A stretch of 64,000 nt of DNA from Octopus vulgaris. Taxonomy: Eukaryota. Below the pieces are notes generated by a model. That model had not been told where the DNA came from and ran no database searches. It saw only the letters and a list, made by a program, of their open reading frames with translations. Where the stretch lies: assembly GCA_951406725.2 (NCBI GenBank), contig OX597816.1, forward strand, positions 157,914,001 to 157,978,000, read 5' to 3'. Made by a program: the position numbers and the translations under genes. How positions within the stretch are numbered: position 1 is the first letter of the stretch; each line of letters starts with the position of its first letter. Positions 50,797-63,631 of the stretch are shown piece by piece.

Positions 50797-51072
50797 AGGT
50801 ACCTATGGTGAGTCAGATAGAGGAGTTGATCTGAGCAGTGTAATGTAATAACCACCTGTACATATATGAAATTCATGTCTTGACTGAAATACATTAATTC
50901 ATATATTATAAATAATAAACTGAATATACATAAACGTCCTGTTGCAAAACCTCACCTGTTTCCAAGTAGGGTAATATTTCCCCCATGGCCAGACATGTTC
51001 TCACAGAACATTGGAAATAACCAAGGCATTCATTTACAACTATCAAATGATGTTAAGATAAGGAGACACAAG

Positions 51073-51712
51073 CATCATCATCATCATCATTATTTAACAT
51101 CTGCTTTCCATGCTGGCATGGGTTGGAGAGTTTGACAAAAGCTGGTTAGGCAGAAGACTGCACTAGGCTTCAGGGTCTGTTTCGGTGTGGTTTTTACAAC
51201 TGGATGCCCTTCCTAACACCTTGCAGAGTGGACTGAGTGCTTTTTACATGACACCAGCACCAGCGAGGTCAGCTTTTGCATGGTTTTTACAGCTGGATGC
51301 CCTTCCAAATGCCAACCACTTTACAGTGTGGACTGGATGCTTTTTACGTGGCATCAGCACTGGCAGGGTCACCAAGTAGCCTACAAGACAAAGATCCTTT
51401 GAGAGTGGTAGTGGTGGGGGCATTGGAGAAGGTGACTTTGTGCCTGGTGATGAAAGGTTAGAGTGTAACAGAGATAAAAAAAGGTGTCTTGTAGTAAAAG
51501 AGATAGTTACTCAATATATAAATATAAAATAACAATATTACTCCTAAAAATAATTTTAGTGGCCATGAGTGTATTTATACACACACACACACAACAGGTT
51601 TCTTTCAGTTTCCCGGTCAAACCCACTCACAAACCTTTGGTCAGCTCAGGGATATTGTAGAGGACACTTGACCAAGGTGTCATGCAGTGGGACTGAACTC
51701 AAAACCACATGT
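51073..51712 (-). mobile_element. RTE 3' fragment nested between tail 2 (50940-51070) and head (51590-51712) of a SINE A
   Basis: Motif homology and order of the pieces. Confidence 0.75.
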
Positions 51713-52283
51713 GCAAGTCTGAAGCAAAAAAACAATCCTAAATACTGAAAGCAGGAGAAAAATATCCCTACATTCTTGATGTGTACTGTACTAGTCTATC
51801 TGTCAATGCAAATGTGAGGGTAAATGTTCATATATATTATCACCACTGACAGAGCACAAAATACTCAGCCTTTTATGAAATAGCAGTAACACAAATCACT
51901 ACATTTAGATTAGACAGCAAATGTCTAAAATGTTGATAGACCTAGAAACTTTATTGCTCCAAACAAACTGAAAAATTCATAAGAAAATATAAAAGAAAGA
52001 AAAAAAAAAACTTCATAAAGAATGATACAACTTGAACACAGTTGGCTTTCAAAACAACATGTTTAAAAGAAAAGCTTTCCCCTCCTCACTCCACATATAT
52101 AAAATATGTAAAGAATGTATATAAGTATGATGTGTGAGTTTGGTAGAATAGAAGAAACTGAATTCAATAAATGAATGCATATTCTTTTTTTATGCATTAT
52201 TTTTAATCTTTTCTATTATCTTTTTGACTTGAAATTTTCTAACTTTCAGCTGATCAAAAAATATGATTATATATATATATATA

Positions 52284-53140
52284 GAAGGTGGTACCAAAAC
52301 ATTCCCAGCGTAGTTCTGTAGTGTGCCAACAGATGGCAGCACATGGTTGTGCTTGTAGTGACCTTCATGAGGCAGTGTGCCAAGTGACATCGCTTTGTTG
52401 TGCTTGCAGTGACCTTCATGAGGCAGTGTGCCAAGTGACATCGCTTTATTTACTTTTTAAGTTGTGATATTTGTGTTTTTGTGATCACATGTATGCTGTA
52501 GTCTGTGATTTTTGTCATGGGCAGGAATGAAGAGCCAACATGAAATTTTGTGTTAAACTTGGGAAGTCTGTTACAGACATTGAGCATGCTTCAACAAACT
52601 TATGGCGATGAGGCAATGGATCGCATGCAATGTTTCGAGTGGCACCATCACTTCAAAAGCAGAAAAATGTCCCTGGAAGACAATGAACAATCTGGAAGAT
52701 CAACCACGGGTGTCACCTCCAAAAATGTGGAGAAAATTCATTAGCTTGTGCATGAAGACCGTCTGAGGACAACCAATGATGTTTTGAAGTGTTTGAGGGA
52801 GGACATTCATAAAAAGCGACCAGATCAGTGGAGTACGAAGAATTGGATTCTTCATGATAACAATGCACCTGTCACCGAGCTCTCTTAACTCATGAGTTTC
52901 TCACCAAAAACCCTATTCACCAGATTTAGCACCTGTAAGCTTCCATCTCTTCCCCAAGGTGAAAATGCAGATCAAAGGTTACCATTTTAACTCTGCTGTT
53001 GAGCTCCAGAGCACATCACAGAAGGTCTCCGACTTGCTTACAGAAAATGACTTCCAGGTCAGATTCCAAAAGTGGTAGGAATGCTAGGACCAATGTATTG
53101 CAGCACAAGGTGACTATTTCAAAGGAGATGATGTTAAAAC
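52284..53140 (+). mobile_element. Internally deleted mariner transposon
   Basis: MLQQTYGDEAMDRMQCFEWHHHFKSRKMSLEDNEQSGRS (HTH), WILHDNNAP, PYSPDLAP and CIAAQGDYF. Left TIR-like start after (TA)n; no right TIR seen. Confidence 0.9.
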
Positions 53141-54244
53141 TTATGAGAATATTCTCATCCAAAATGGAGACGAGTACCAACATTCTCGTGTGGCAAGCTT
53201 GATAATTGTTAAGAGATTCCACAGTGCAGTGAAGAATGAACACTCATTTTCATTATTCAACATCAGAGTGGGTGTATGTGTGTAGATATATATATATATA
53301 TATGAGAAAGTTAAGGCATTTATACAAATATATGTTTTATATATGAATATGCAAGTTCTTTGATTATATATGTTATGTGTGTTGATAGACAGACAGAGAG
53401 ATAGATCAGTGTTTTTGGTTCACACTGTGTTGTGCATAAATATATTGTTGAATCAATGACAAGCTGTCAAAGGCACAAAATATACAAATTGCCCTAATTC
53501 ATCACTGCTTCACAGGCCGCTGATCTATACCATTGATTGAGGAAAGAAGTTAAGTATGGCTTTGCAGAGCAGTCAACAAACCATGAAATGGTACCTTGAG
53601 AGACTCCTTCCTTCCCACTTTTTATTTTTTCTGTACATCAATGGTATAAAAGGAATATGTTTACATTTTTGTTCAACCCACAGTGAGGCTTTATATTTAA
53701 AATTTATTCCAGTTCTTAGTTACGCAGTTATATATAAATATGGAGAAAGTATCAAAGTGCAAGAGTTTTTATATATGAAATGTATATTTGTATATATGTA
53801 CATCTTAACAAGCATCTATATAATTTATAAAAGGTGTAGAGAGAGAAAGAGTAGTTGTAAAAGAACATTCACAACTGTTTTTAATCAATACTATATAAGA
53901 GCTAGTATATGTCTGACCTTATAATCTAAGAAAATATTCTGAAAGTAAGATCTTTGTAAACTTTAAAAACTTTTTATACAGAAGATTTAAATCTTTATAA
54001 CCATAGTTGCGTCACCGAATGATATGTAGTTTCTACAGGTGATGCGGTTTGAGTTGTTGAATATTTCATTACTCACATTAGAAGACCTGTCTATTTTAAG
54101 CTGACCTACAATGGAACATAGATACATATGTTCATAAAAGCATTTCTGATTCCACTATTGAAATGGCATATCAGAACTAATTCAAACAGTTGGTTGGCAT
54201 TGTCTTTATGTTATGTAATGTTCATCCTTCATGTCTCTGTAGAT

Positions 54245-54759
54245 CAGGGGTTGCCAAAGGGGCCCTGAGGGACCCCCTAGGGGTTGGCGAGGAATTACAG
54301 GGGGTCAATGATAACCAAGGGGTTGACATGTGGAAGACCAGCCTCACCCAGATGAACTGTTTGAAATACTTGGTCAGTGCCATGCTCATCCCATACACTG
54401 ATGTTGTCAGTTTCAATAACAGATATTCCAGCATTATGATGTGTTTTTCACATTTTCTAACCATAAAAACAATTTCATAAAAATTGTAAGTTCAATACTG
54501 TATACTCTTAAATATAGTTTTAAATGTAAAAAGTGAGTCATCTTCAATAGAATTTCTAAATTTGTCATACATGTATATTTTAGCCAACATTTTAATTGCC
54601 AGTATCATTACGCATTTAAAATATGGTACGGTAGGGTAGGGTACTAAGATATTTTAAATGAGGGTGGTTGATGCGGAAGTAGAAGTGGCTAAAAGGGGTC
54701 AATGTGAAAGAAATGGCAGGGGGGGGGGGTCAGTAGTCAAAAAAGTTTGGTGATCCCTG
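54245..54759 (+). mobile_element. hAT-Charlie-like non-autonomous element
   Basis: TIRs CAGGGGTTGCCAAA and rc CAGGGATCACCAAA; 8-bp TSD CTGTAGAT/CTGTAGGT; C-terminal remnant ...CHAHPIH*. Confidence 0.85.
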
Positions 54760-54909
54760 CTGTAGGTAACTAACTTAACAGCCTTACACTTTGCAGGTCC
54801 TGAGCTGGCTTATTCAACCAGTATTAGCATAAAATCCACAGTTGGATACGTAATAACTGAGTCAGGATGTAATTCTGAGAACTGTGCTGCAGATAATACA
54901 ACACTACAT

Positions 54910-55014
54910 CCTCAGTGAGTCATCTTCAGCAAGATGTTCCCAAGAAGACTGCTCTAAGCTGCACTTTTCCAAGATTATCTAGGGAGTGTCTTTGTATTTC
55001 TTCTTTGGTCTACC
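54910..55014 (-). mobile_element. RTE-BovB-like LINE C-terminal remnant
   Basis: rc translates to GRPKKKYKDTP*IILEKCSLEQSSWEHLAEDDSLR. Confidence 0.65.
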
Positions 55015-55789
55015 AAAGAAGAGATAAAAGACACTAGCCCCATTTTCTGACCTAATTCCACCGATTGTATACCTAGGATTACAATATGTGGGGCACAGTT
55101 GAGAAAGACTGAAAACTGCTCTGCTTATATAACACCAAGGTTGAGCTGGTGATCAAAGATCAAGGTGGTTGAAGATCTTTTCTGGGACACCATGAGGAAT
55201 ACATGTGCCAGGTCCTGGAGTCATCTTGAGGTTGTGGTGGAAGCTGAGGGCAGGTATTTTGAGTAAACTGCTATCACCCAACCATAATCTAGTTGATGTT
55301 GCAATTTTAAAAAAAATACTTTATTTTTGGATACGATATTGTGTTGTGTTCTTTTTCTTTTATGCAAAGTGCCAAATTTTGCTCAAACACCTAAACACTC
55401 TGCATATGTATGTGCACACACACACACACACACATATATGCAATGTTAAGAGATGTGATTTCAATTTTCATAGGAGTTGAATGGTTCTGGAGAGGCACAC
55501 CATGGGTGACTCATGAATGTGATACAGGTATAAGATCCCTTTGAAATACTCATGTGATTGTGGCACTCCGTTGGGGTACATATATATATATATATACACA
55601 CCCACACCCAATGTCCCTCAAGGGCATGTCTCAACAAATCTTCAGCACCGTCTCTCTCACTATTGATCTCTTCATCTTACTCACTGACTCACCTGCTTTC
55701 TTTAGTTTACTCTCTAACCTACCTTCTTTTCTTTTTCAGCTGGAGTATTCATGTAGGACACCTGTCCCTATCCCTCTACACCTCTAATC

Positions 55790-56080
55790 TCTCATGAACA
55801 AGCACAAAGCCACACTTCCCCACTCACTACTACTCTCTCATCCCAGCTGAGGTGGGTTTTTGTCTTACTAGTTACTGGGCGACTGTTGATGCTGGTGCCA
55901 TGTAGAAAGCAGCCACTACACTCTATAAAATGGTTGACATTAGGAAGGGCATCCGGCTGTAGAAACCATACCAAACCAGACAATGGAACCTAGTGCAGCC
56001 ATCTGATTTGCCAGTCCTCAGTCAAATCGTCCAACCCATGCCAGCATGGAAAGCAGGCGTTAAACGATGATGATGATGAT
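55790..56080 (+). mobile_element. RTE 3'-end fragment
   Basis: Shared motifs plus (GAT)n tail. Confidence 0.8.
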
Positions 56081-56539
56081 AATTATATATACATACATAC
56101 ATATATGCATAACTAAATCATCAATGGCAACATGAGTAAACATAATTAATACTGTAAATGTTATACATTGAACTACTCTATCTGGCATACACATTCTACA
56201 ACCACTAAATTTTATATATATATATATATATATAATTATTAATTTAACATTTACATTTCCATGCTTGCATGGATCAGGTAAAACTTGTTGATGCAGATTT
56301 TCTATGCCAGGATGAACCATCAATACATAACACAATGACCTTACTTGATACAACCAACCAATATGGAAATGCCATATGGCCCTATTTTATCCTCACCATT
56401 TGACTGGCTGTTTCTGTTATCACATATTTGTTGAAGCATAACAGGACTAGGGCTGGTTGAAGCTATAGAGAAGCAAGCTGTGTTGTCTGGCAATGAACTG
56501 ACTTGCTTCATCAAATCTTTGAACATACAGTATAAATAA

Positions 56540-56787
56540 AAAATGCGCCCTTTTAAAGCCTAGCCAGGCTCATCAGCCTGGTTTCCTAGTTTCCATGGCA
56601 TATGTGTTCCCAAGCTGGATGGGATGCCAGTCCATCGCAGCGTTACTCATTTTTGCCAGTGGACAGGAGCAACGTGAAATGAAGTGTTTTACTCAAGAAC
56701 ACAACGCGTCGCCCGGTCCAGGAATCGAAACCACAATCTTACGATCATGATGCTGACACCCTAACCACTAAGCCATGTACCTCCACA
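56540..56787 (-). mobile_element. SINE family B head with alternative tail (GCGATGGACTGGCATCCCATCCAG block)
   Basis: tRNA-like head shared with 38691-39026; 11-bp TSD ATACAGTATAA. Confidence 0.85.
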
Positions 56788-56905
56788 CCAATACAGTATA
56801 AGTCATGAATAAATATACTGTATCATATATTGATGAATTTACACCCACAAGTCCTTTTCTACAGCTTATGATGGAGATTGACCCAACCAGTTTCACTGTC
56901 TTTAA

Positions 56906-57126
56906 CCCTTTATCATTTAAACTGGCCACATCCAGCCAAAATATTCTACCTGTTTTATGTTCAAACAGGCTAGATGTGGTTTCTCACACCAATCCTACAA
57001 TGTCATTCTAAAAAATTAGCAGTCATGTCATCAAAATCTCAAAGCTACAAGATAATGCATGATTCATTGGAAACAATGTGACTAAATAAACATTACTTTT
57101 GACAGAATAATGTGAATGTTAAATGG
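56906..57126. mobile_element. piggyBac-type MITE, second family
   Basis: TTAA-CCCTTTATCATTTA ... TGAATGTTAAATGG-TTAA. Confidence 0.75.
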
Positions 57127-57307
57127 TTAAAGCATTGACTGATCAGCTTATTTCTCCTTCCCAAGATGCAGAGATAAAGTAATGGAAAGTTACATAGAGA
57201 AATGTAAACAAAATTGTGCCAGGTACAGCTTATTTGTGTGGAGGTACATTGCTGACAGCTTAATAATTACTAGAGTATCAAAACAGCATCGATTATGAAT
57301 AAATATA

Positions 57308-57517
57308 CAAGGAGAAAAGTTTTTGGCCTTGCTAAAAGAAAATACAAGAGGATCAGTTAGTTATGATTTTATCCAACATATTCCCTTCTCAGATTCACAC
57401 ACTTATTGCAGCAGTCCTTCAGTTTTTCTAAACCCTGTAAAAGAACTCAGAAGGTTGGGTCTCGAACCAGGTCTTTTGCAATACCCTTAAAGGCAGGAAC
57501 TTTTCAACACCGTCTCA
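57308..57517 (-). mobile_element. mariner-derived MITE
   Basis: rc TA-TGAGACGGTGTTGAAAAGTTCC TIR; encodes the transposase tail LQGLEKLKDCCNKCVNLRREYVG*. Confidence 0.8.
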
Positions 57518-59783
57518 TATTTACATATAAGTTTATTTATAAGGAAATGAGTTAAAGACAGGGAATATTTGCATTTAAGTGTAGCAGAAATAGTTGATCA
57601 ATACAATAAGACAAAACAGACAGTTGTTCTTTAACACACATACACATATGATATAGAGAAAGCCAAATGCTCAGGAGCAACTGCCCTAAGGTAAATTGCT
57701 TTACACGAGACTGGAAGCCCTTGCAATTGACAGCGCAGAACATTATTGACATTCCATTCTGGTCCCATGAGAGAAATTCACCAGCAGACAACATTACTGC
57801 AGACACTAGCAAAGCCAACCAATTGCGTATTGTTTATTTTACTGACATTTGGAAACTGTTAGTAGTATGTTTGGAGATAGTTTATTCCCTAGGACAATCA
57901 CAAAGCGGAACACTGTTCTCTACTATAAATAGTTATTAGTATGTTGAGGACATGCTTTTACATTTGTTATCATTATAATTTAATTGCCAAGTATTAATTG
58001 TTCTACTGCAATTATTTGTTTTTCAGCCACTCATCTTGATAATCTACTTTATTGTAGTCAAGCTTTGATTGTATAGTACAAATTAATTGTTTAGTAATAG
58101 GTTAAAAATGCAATATGAATGCCAAGACATGTTACATCTGTCTTGCCAGCAACTATTCTTTAGTTTGTATATATTTGAAGATTTTAAATATGTGTCCACA
58201 GTGCAATTAGGAAGATAGATTTGGTTGGTGTAGGGCAGTTTTGCATCACAAGGTTTCACTGGAAACAGCTGGCACAGTTACCAGGCGACACACTATAAAG
58301 CAGCTGGATTCCTACTGACTAAAGAAAATGTTATTAACAGACCATTAAGCAGAGTCCAGTTAATTCTAGCACATCAAATATGTATGTAACACAAATGGTA
58401 AGCTAAGAATGCCACACTACCACTTGGATTTGGGGTACCTTTAACAAAATTCCTTCAGTTGGAAATTAAGAATAATATCCAGAATATCACAACACTTTCA
58501 GATAGTCAAACCAAGAGTGTGTTTCTACATGACTGTTCAACCTACAAGATATGGCAGCTGAATTTCCCTCAAATCAACAAATAAAACTGATATTTAAAAA
58601 AATGAGATGGCAATGATAGTGAATAAAAACTGTTTTGCATGAAAGTATGTTAAATAATTCTGATTAGCTTTTCTGCACCTTGCCCTTTAAGTTCTATGTA
58701 TTTCATAAAAACTGAGAAAAATACATATTTCCACAATTTTCGGAAGTGAAAAATGTTTGTAAATTGAGCATTTATCATTATTATTATCATCATTTAATGA
58801 AATCTAAACACTCAGCTCCTATAATCTCACCTTTTTACAAGTCTTATTTTATCAACCATTTTCATCGCTCATTATTTATTTCCATACTTAACTCTTCCTT
58901 CACATCTACTAAATAATGACAGTTTGTTTAGATTAAATAACATCTTTTAACCATTCTGTATTTCAATAAGCCTTAACCAGTATATAATGTACATAGATAA
59001 TGTAATGATTGAGCAGAAGCTTGAAAACTTTGAAACCCATCATCCTCAACATTACTCTTGTATGTTTAATGTAAAATCTTCCATGAACAGGTCTACAATA
59101 AAGCAGCTTTCTATGTATTTTAATTTTGTACAATTTCATAAGGGGCTTTGATGTGGCTGGCTTCTTGTCTCAACTGGAATCAGTAGGCCTCAACCATGGG
59201 GGTGGTAAGCACCCTAACAGAATAACCCTGTTCCAATATGAGGAAGGCAGATCCCTAATCTGAGATGCAACATGCATTGACATGTTCTCCAGCTCCAACC
59301 TTACTACATCAGCTGCAAAACCAGGTATCGCCAACCATAATGCAGAGGAGAGAAAGTTATATAAATATAAGAGCCTGACCAGCCATATTCAGTTGTGTGG
59401 TCATCATCAAGACCCAGGTGTTCTTGGACCCAGTACTGTAAATTTGTATAGCACTGTACTCCCTCCTGCCCATCTTTGGCTGCTTAACCCCACATTTTTG
59501 TTTTCTCTTTCTTTGTTTCCTTATAATTAATTTGATTTACTGAATAATCTATATAGACTATATAGTTCTCTAAATATATGTAGTGTTTATCAAAACTGCA
59601 CCATACGTATCCATCATCAATTACTGTCATTTGAATTATGATCACATAGCTATTTTGTGAAAGCATTCATAAGGATCCAAATTGATCCCACTGCTAAGAA
59701 TCTCAGGAAACTATCATCTGTCATAGTCTCAAGTTAACTGAAATCATGTGAATAAAACTTGGTAAACACAAATTGTGTAGATG

Positions 59784-60201
59784 CAAGGCTGGATTAAGAC
59801 CTACAGAGGCCCTAAGCACATTAAAGATTTTGGTGCTTGCATATATATTTAATTCAAAATATAAACAATAATAAACCATAAAATAAATTTTAATTTTTCA
59901 AAAGGAAATAAAACTAAAAGATGGAAAATAATGTTTATTTTTGTATATTTCCATTTTGTTTATGTTTGAAAAGTTTTCTCTTACTGTTTTTCAATTGCAA
60001 AATCTTTGATCAGATCCTCACTACGACACCATGAACACTTTGAAGTTATATTTCCAATCATACAAACCACTTCGAATATCAGTTTAGCAAGTTTAAAGTG
60101 ATTTCTTTTGCACTGTAAACCATTTACCATTTCTTTGGTACATCACTTCCCTTGATGCCCTAAGCACATGCTTATTTTGTTAAATGTTTAATCCAGAGCT
60201 A
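59784..60201. mobile_element. hAT (Tip100-like) MITE
   Basis: TIRs CAAGGCTGGATTAA and rc TAGCTCTGGATTAA; TSD TGTAGATG/TGTGGAGG; GCCCTAAGCA subterminal motifs; minus-strand remnant EDLIKDFAIEK. Confidence 0.8.
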
Positions 60202-61073
60202 TGTGGAGGCCAGGTGAACAGATCTTACATGTAACCTGAGAACCCAACTTTGTCAAATATTGAGGTAGCTTTGCCTCAAGATTATGTGAGGGCATAATTA
60301 TTTGAGGTATACTCAGTCAGTCATGCTATAATCCAATGATTAAGTAATTCTTTTCATTAAATAACTGAAACATTTGTTCATGAAACCTGACAAGACTCAC
60401 TCTCATATGTAAATTAAATTGACAAACAAAGCAACCATTTGAAAAGATCCTGATTCCGTCCCATAGCCTTTTCTGGATATTCTAACTACATTTTGAACTA
60501 ATCAACAGCTGGACTACTGTCAGCAATCTGTTTCGGTAACTATTCTATTAAATGCTACCGCTCTCTCTCTCTCTCTCTAAGAGTTTAATCTGCTGATTTG
60601 AGAATTTACAGTTTAAATGTGATAGCTGTAGCAATAAAAGCTATATCAGAATCAAGTATTGGATTACCATTTCATCAGTGATGGCTAAAATTTATTGTAA
60701 GAAATATTGTAAGTAACTCCTTGTGTTTCATGGCAGAACACTTTATCACTTCCTTCCATGTGACTCAGGCCAGAAAGTTGCCAGAAGTAGATACCTAACA
60801 GAGAAATAAATTTGTTTTCTATTTATAGTTATGTCAGATAATTTATAATTAAACACTTTGCTCTAATTACAGATGTTAAACAAAAATATTTTCTCCGGAG
60901 TAGTAATTGTTATGGATACTGTAAGTCATCAAGGGAACCTCAAGTCAGAACGGGGAACCATTGTAGTACCCGGGGCAAATTGTAAATGTAGAAGAACTTG
61001 TAGAGGTACACCAGTGCCAGGAAAAATAATGGATCTTTAATTTCACAAATTCATAAGTATATATAACTTGTGT

Positions 61074-61318
61074 AGGCACAGTGGTGTGGTTAAGAAGTTT
61101 GCTTCCCAACCAAGTGTTCTTGGGTTCAGTCCCACTGTGTAACACCTTGGGCAAGTGCCTTCTGCTATAGCCCTGGGGTGATGAAAGCCTTGTGAGTGGA
61201 TATGGTGGATGGGAATTGAAAGAAACCTATCGTACACACAGATGTATGTACATGTTTGTGTGTGTAGCCTTGTCTTGACATTACATAATGGTTTTAAATC
61301 AGCATCATCTTTGTCGTT

Positions 61319-61350
<32 letters not shown>

Positions 61351-61520
61351 GCATGTGAGGTTGTTCATTTTCAATCTTACCTGTCTAGCTATGGGAAAAT
61401 ATTACCTTTCTTGGAAACAGGTGAGGTCCTGTGAGAGGAAGGGCATCCAGCCATAGAAAATCTACCTCAACAAATTCCATCTGATCCATGCAAGCATGCA
61501 GAAGTGGAGATAATGATGAC
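61074..61520 (+). mobile_element. SINE A head with tail 2
   Basis: Homologous to 63169-63631. Confidence 0.85.
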
Positions 61521-61733
61521 CTGTATTAAATTACTGCTCTGGTTTTAAGGTTTAAACCTTTTCTCTCATTTAGGTTTTTAGAGACTTTATTGTTTAACAG
61601 TTTCAATATTAAGTATGGACAAAGGGGCCTTCTATTCCTACTGTAATTGACCACTTGATCTAATAGAGTAGCCAAATCTCCCTCACATCAAACTGTACCA
61701 TCTGTAAGGTGACTGAAAGGATGTATTGGTTAA

Positions 61734-61943
61734 CCCTTCCGTTACTAAACCGGCTCTGGCTCTGAGTACAAATGTCTTGTTTTCATAAGTTTTGAATTAA
61801 AATCTTCAACCAAACCTTAGTCACAATTTATGTTCCTAATACTAGCTGAATGATAACCAAGTTATTTTACTAAATTCTTTGTTATATTTAAAGTAATTCA
61901 AAGAAACACAGAGCATCTCAAAATAAATACAGTAACGAAAGGG
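61734..61943. mobile_element. piggyBac-type MITE
   Basis: TTAA TSDs; TIRs CCCTTCCGTTACT and rc CCCTTTCGTTACT. Confidence 0.9.
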
Positions 61944-62632
61944 TTAATATAGTTTTATTATATACACAATGTTCCAAAACAGACAGGAATATAAAAGGCT
62001 AGAATCCCTCAAAGAAGTCTGCCCAATCAGGATTGCTGTAGCTTTAGGTCTTTCTGTGCTGCTCAGTGCATTAGGCTGACCAAGGGTTAAATAACAAGAA
62101 CTATAAGCAGCTGTGTGGTTTTGAAAGGGTTAATAGTTAAAGTAATGAATAGTATTTGCATTATATGTAGTTACTGCTCTAACTTTAATTCCTAGAATTA
62201 TCTCAGTAGCCTTTGTTACATCACAAGTACAACCAGCAGCTGCGGACTTGAAATAGAAAAACATAATAAAACTTTCTGACAAAGCTATGTTATCAACACC
62301 TATTTCGTTAGCCATGATTTTAATTCAAGGATTTTGTTGTTTATCCACTTTTGCTTCAGGTGAAAACAATTCCTGTTTAAATAGGCTCCATTGCACAAAA
62401 CATTCTGCTTCCATTCTTATTTCCTGTAAGTCTTAGCTACTTTCTATCTTCAAACTATTCTTAGAGCTAGCTGTCAGTATAATCTTAACCTAATTCAGTG
62501 AGTTTTGTTTTTGCTAGCTTTTTTTTTTCTTTTTTCTCCCACCTTTTCGGCTACTTTTCGGCTCAGATCACACAACCTGCAATCTTGTGGTTTCAAACAT
62601 GATAATTGTTTGGATTAAATTACAATATCTTC

Positions 62633-62684
62633 TACCTGTTCTGTATTTTAACTGACCTTAGACAGTTAAAATACAGAACAGGTA
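62633..62684. repeat. Perfect 22-bp inverted repeat with 8-nt loop
   Basis: TACCTGTTCTGTATTTTAACTG-ACCTTAGA-CAGTTAAAATACAGAACAGGTA. Confidence 0.95.
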
Positions 62685-63168
62685 CTCTTTTACTTGTTTC
62701 AGTCATTTGACTGTGGCCATGCTGGAGCACCGTTGAAGATGAAATAATTAAGCAGAAACTTAAAGAAAGTCACAATCATCATCACCTTATTTATGTTCAT
62801 TTTACCACATTTCATGAGTTGGACTAGTTTACAATGATGTAAGTATACTGTTTACTTTAGCCAGACTGGTGTCTTCATCATGATTCTTGCTTCTTAAGGT
62901 GTCTTGTGTTGAACTTGTTTGTTGTATTGGAATTTCTAACCTAACTCTTTATTTGATCTATGGGGGTAAACTGTTCTAATTATGTTGTAATAATACACAT
63001 CTCTCTAGATACCTACTTGTGTAGAATATTTGATTATCTATTTAGTGATTCTTTCATCATTATTCAGGCAAGTATCAGTGAAGCATGAACTTCACAGATA
63101 CAGTAATAAGAAGAATGAAACATTTCAGAGTTGTTTCCTGTAATTAGTAAAATAATCAAAACAATGCT

Positions 63169-63631
63169 AGGTACAGTCATGGTCATGTAGTTAATAAGCT
63201 TGCTTCCCAACTGTGTGATTTCAAGTTCAGTTCTACTGCCTGACATCCTGAGTAGGTGCCTTCTACCATAATCTCAGGCCAACCCAAGCCTTTTGAGTGG
63301 ATTTGGTAGACAAAAACTGAAAGAAGCTAGTTGTGTATGTGTGCGTGTGTATGTGTGCGTGTGTGTGTGTATAAATGTATCTATATTTGTATGTGTTTCC
63401 TGGTCTTGACATCAAGTGATGGTTCAAAATGTGTGTCACCATCTTACAACTGATGTCATTAATTTCCGATATCCTGGAAAAACATGTCTGGTCACAGGGA
63501 AATATTACTTTGCTTGGAAACAAGTAAGGGTAGGCAACAGGAAGGAGTGTCTGACCATAGAAAATCTGCCTCAATGAATTATGATTGACTCATGTAAAGT
63601 GAACATGATGATGATGATGACGATGATGATG
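63169..63631 (+). mobile_element. SINE A head with tail 2
   Basis: tRNA/CORE-like head, (TG)n, body, (GAT)n tail. Confidence 0.85.

Larger units (their letters stand above)
39600..50800. promoter_or_regulatory. CpG-retaining (putatively unmethylated) domain, likely promoter/intergenic region
   Basis: Hand counts: ~20 CpG in 40321-40920 versus 0 in 21841-22440 and 1 in 58021-58620. Diverged repeat copies inside the domain keep their CpGs. Boundaries are approximate. Confidence 0.75.

Noticed and set aside
54870-54935. Minus-strand CTGAAGA/CTGAGGA hammerhead-like cores
   Set aside because: No GAAA after a stem II; the motif is explained by the AEDD codons of the RTE remnant.
59150-59380. HDV-like ribozyme or LINE 5' UTR resemblance (GATGCA.../...TACATC, GCCAAC)
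   Set aside because: I could not assemble a consistent nested pseudoknot; P1 is mismatched and P2 is misplaced.
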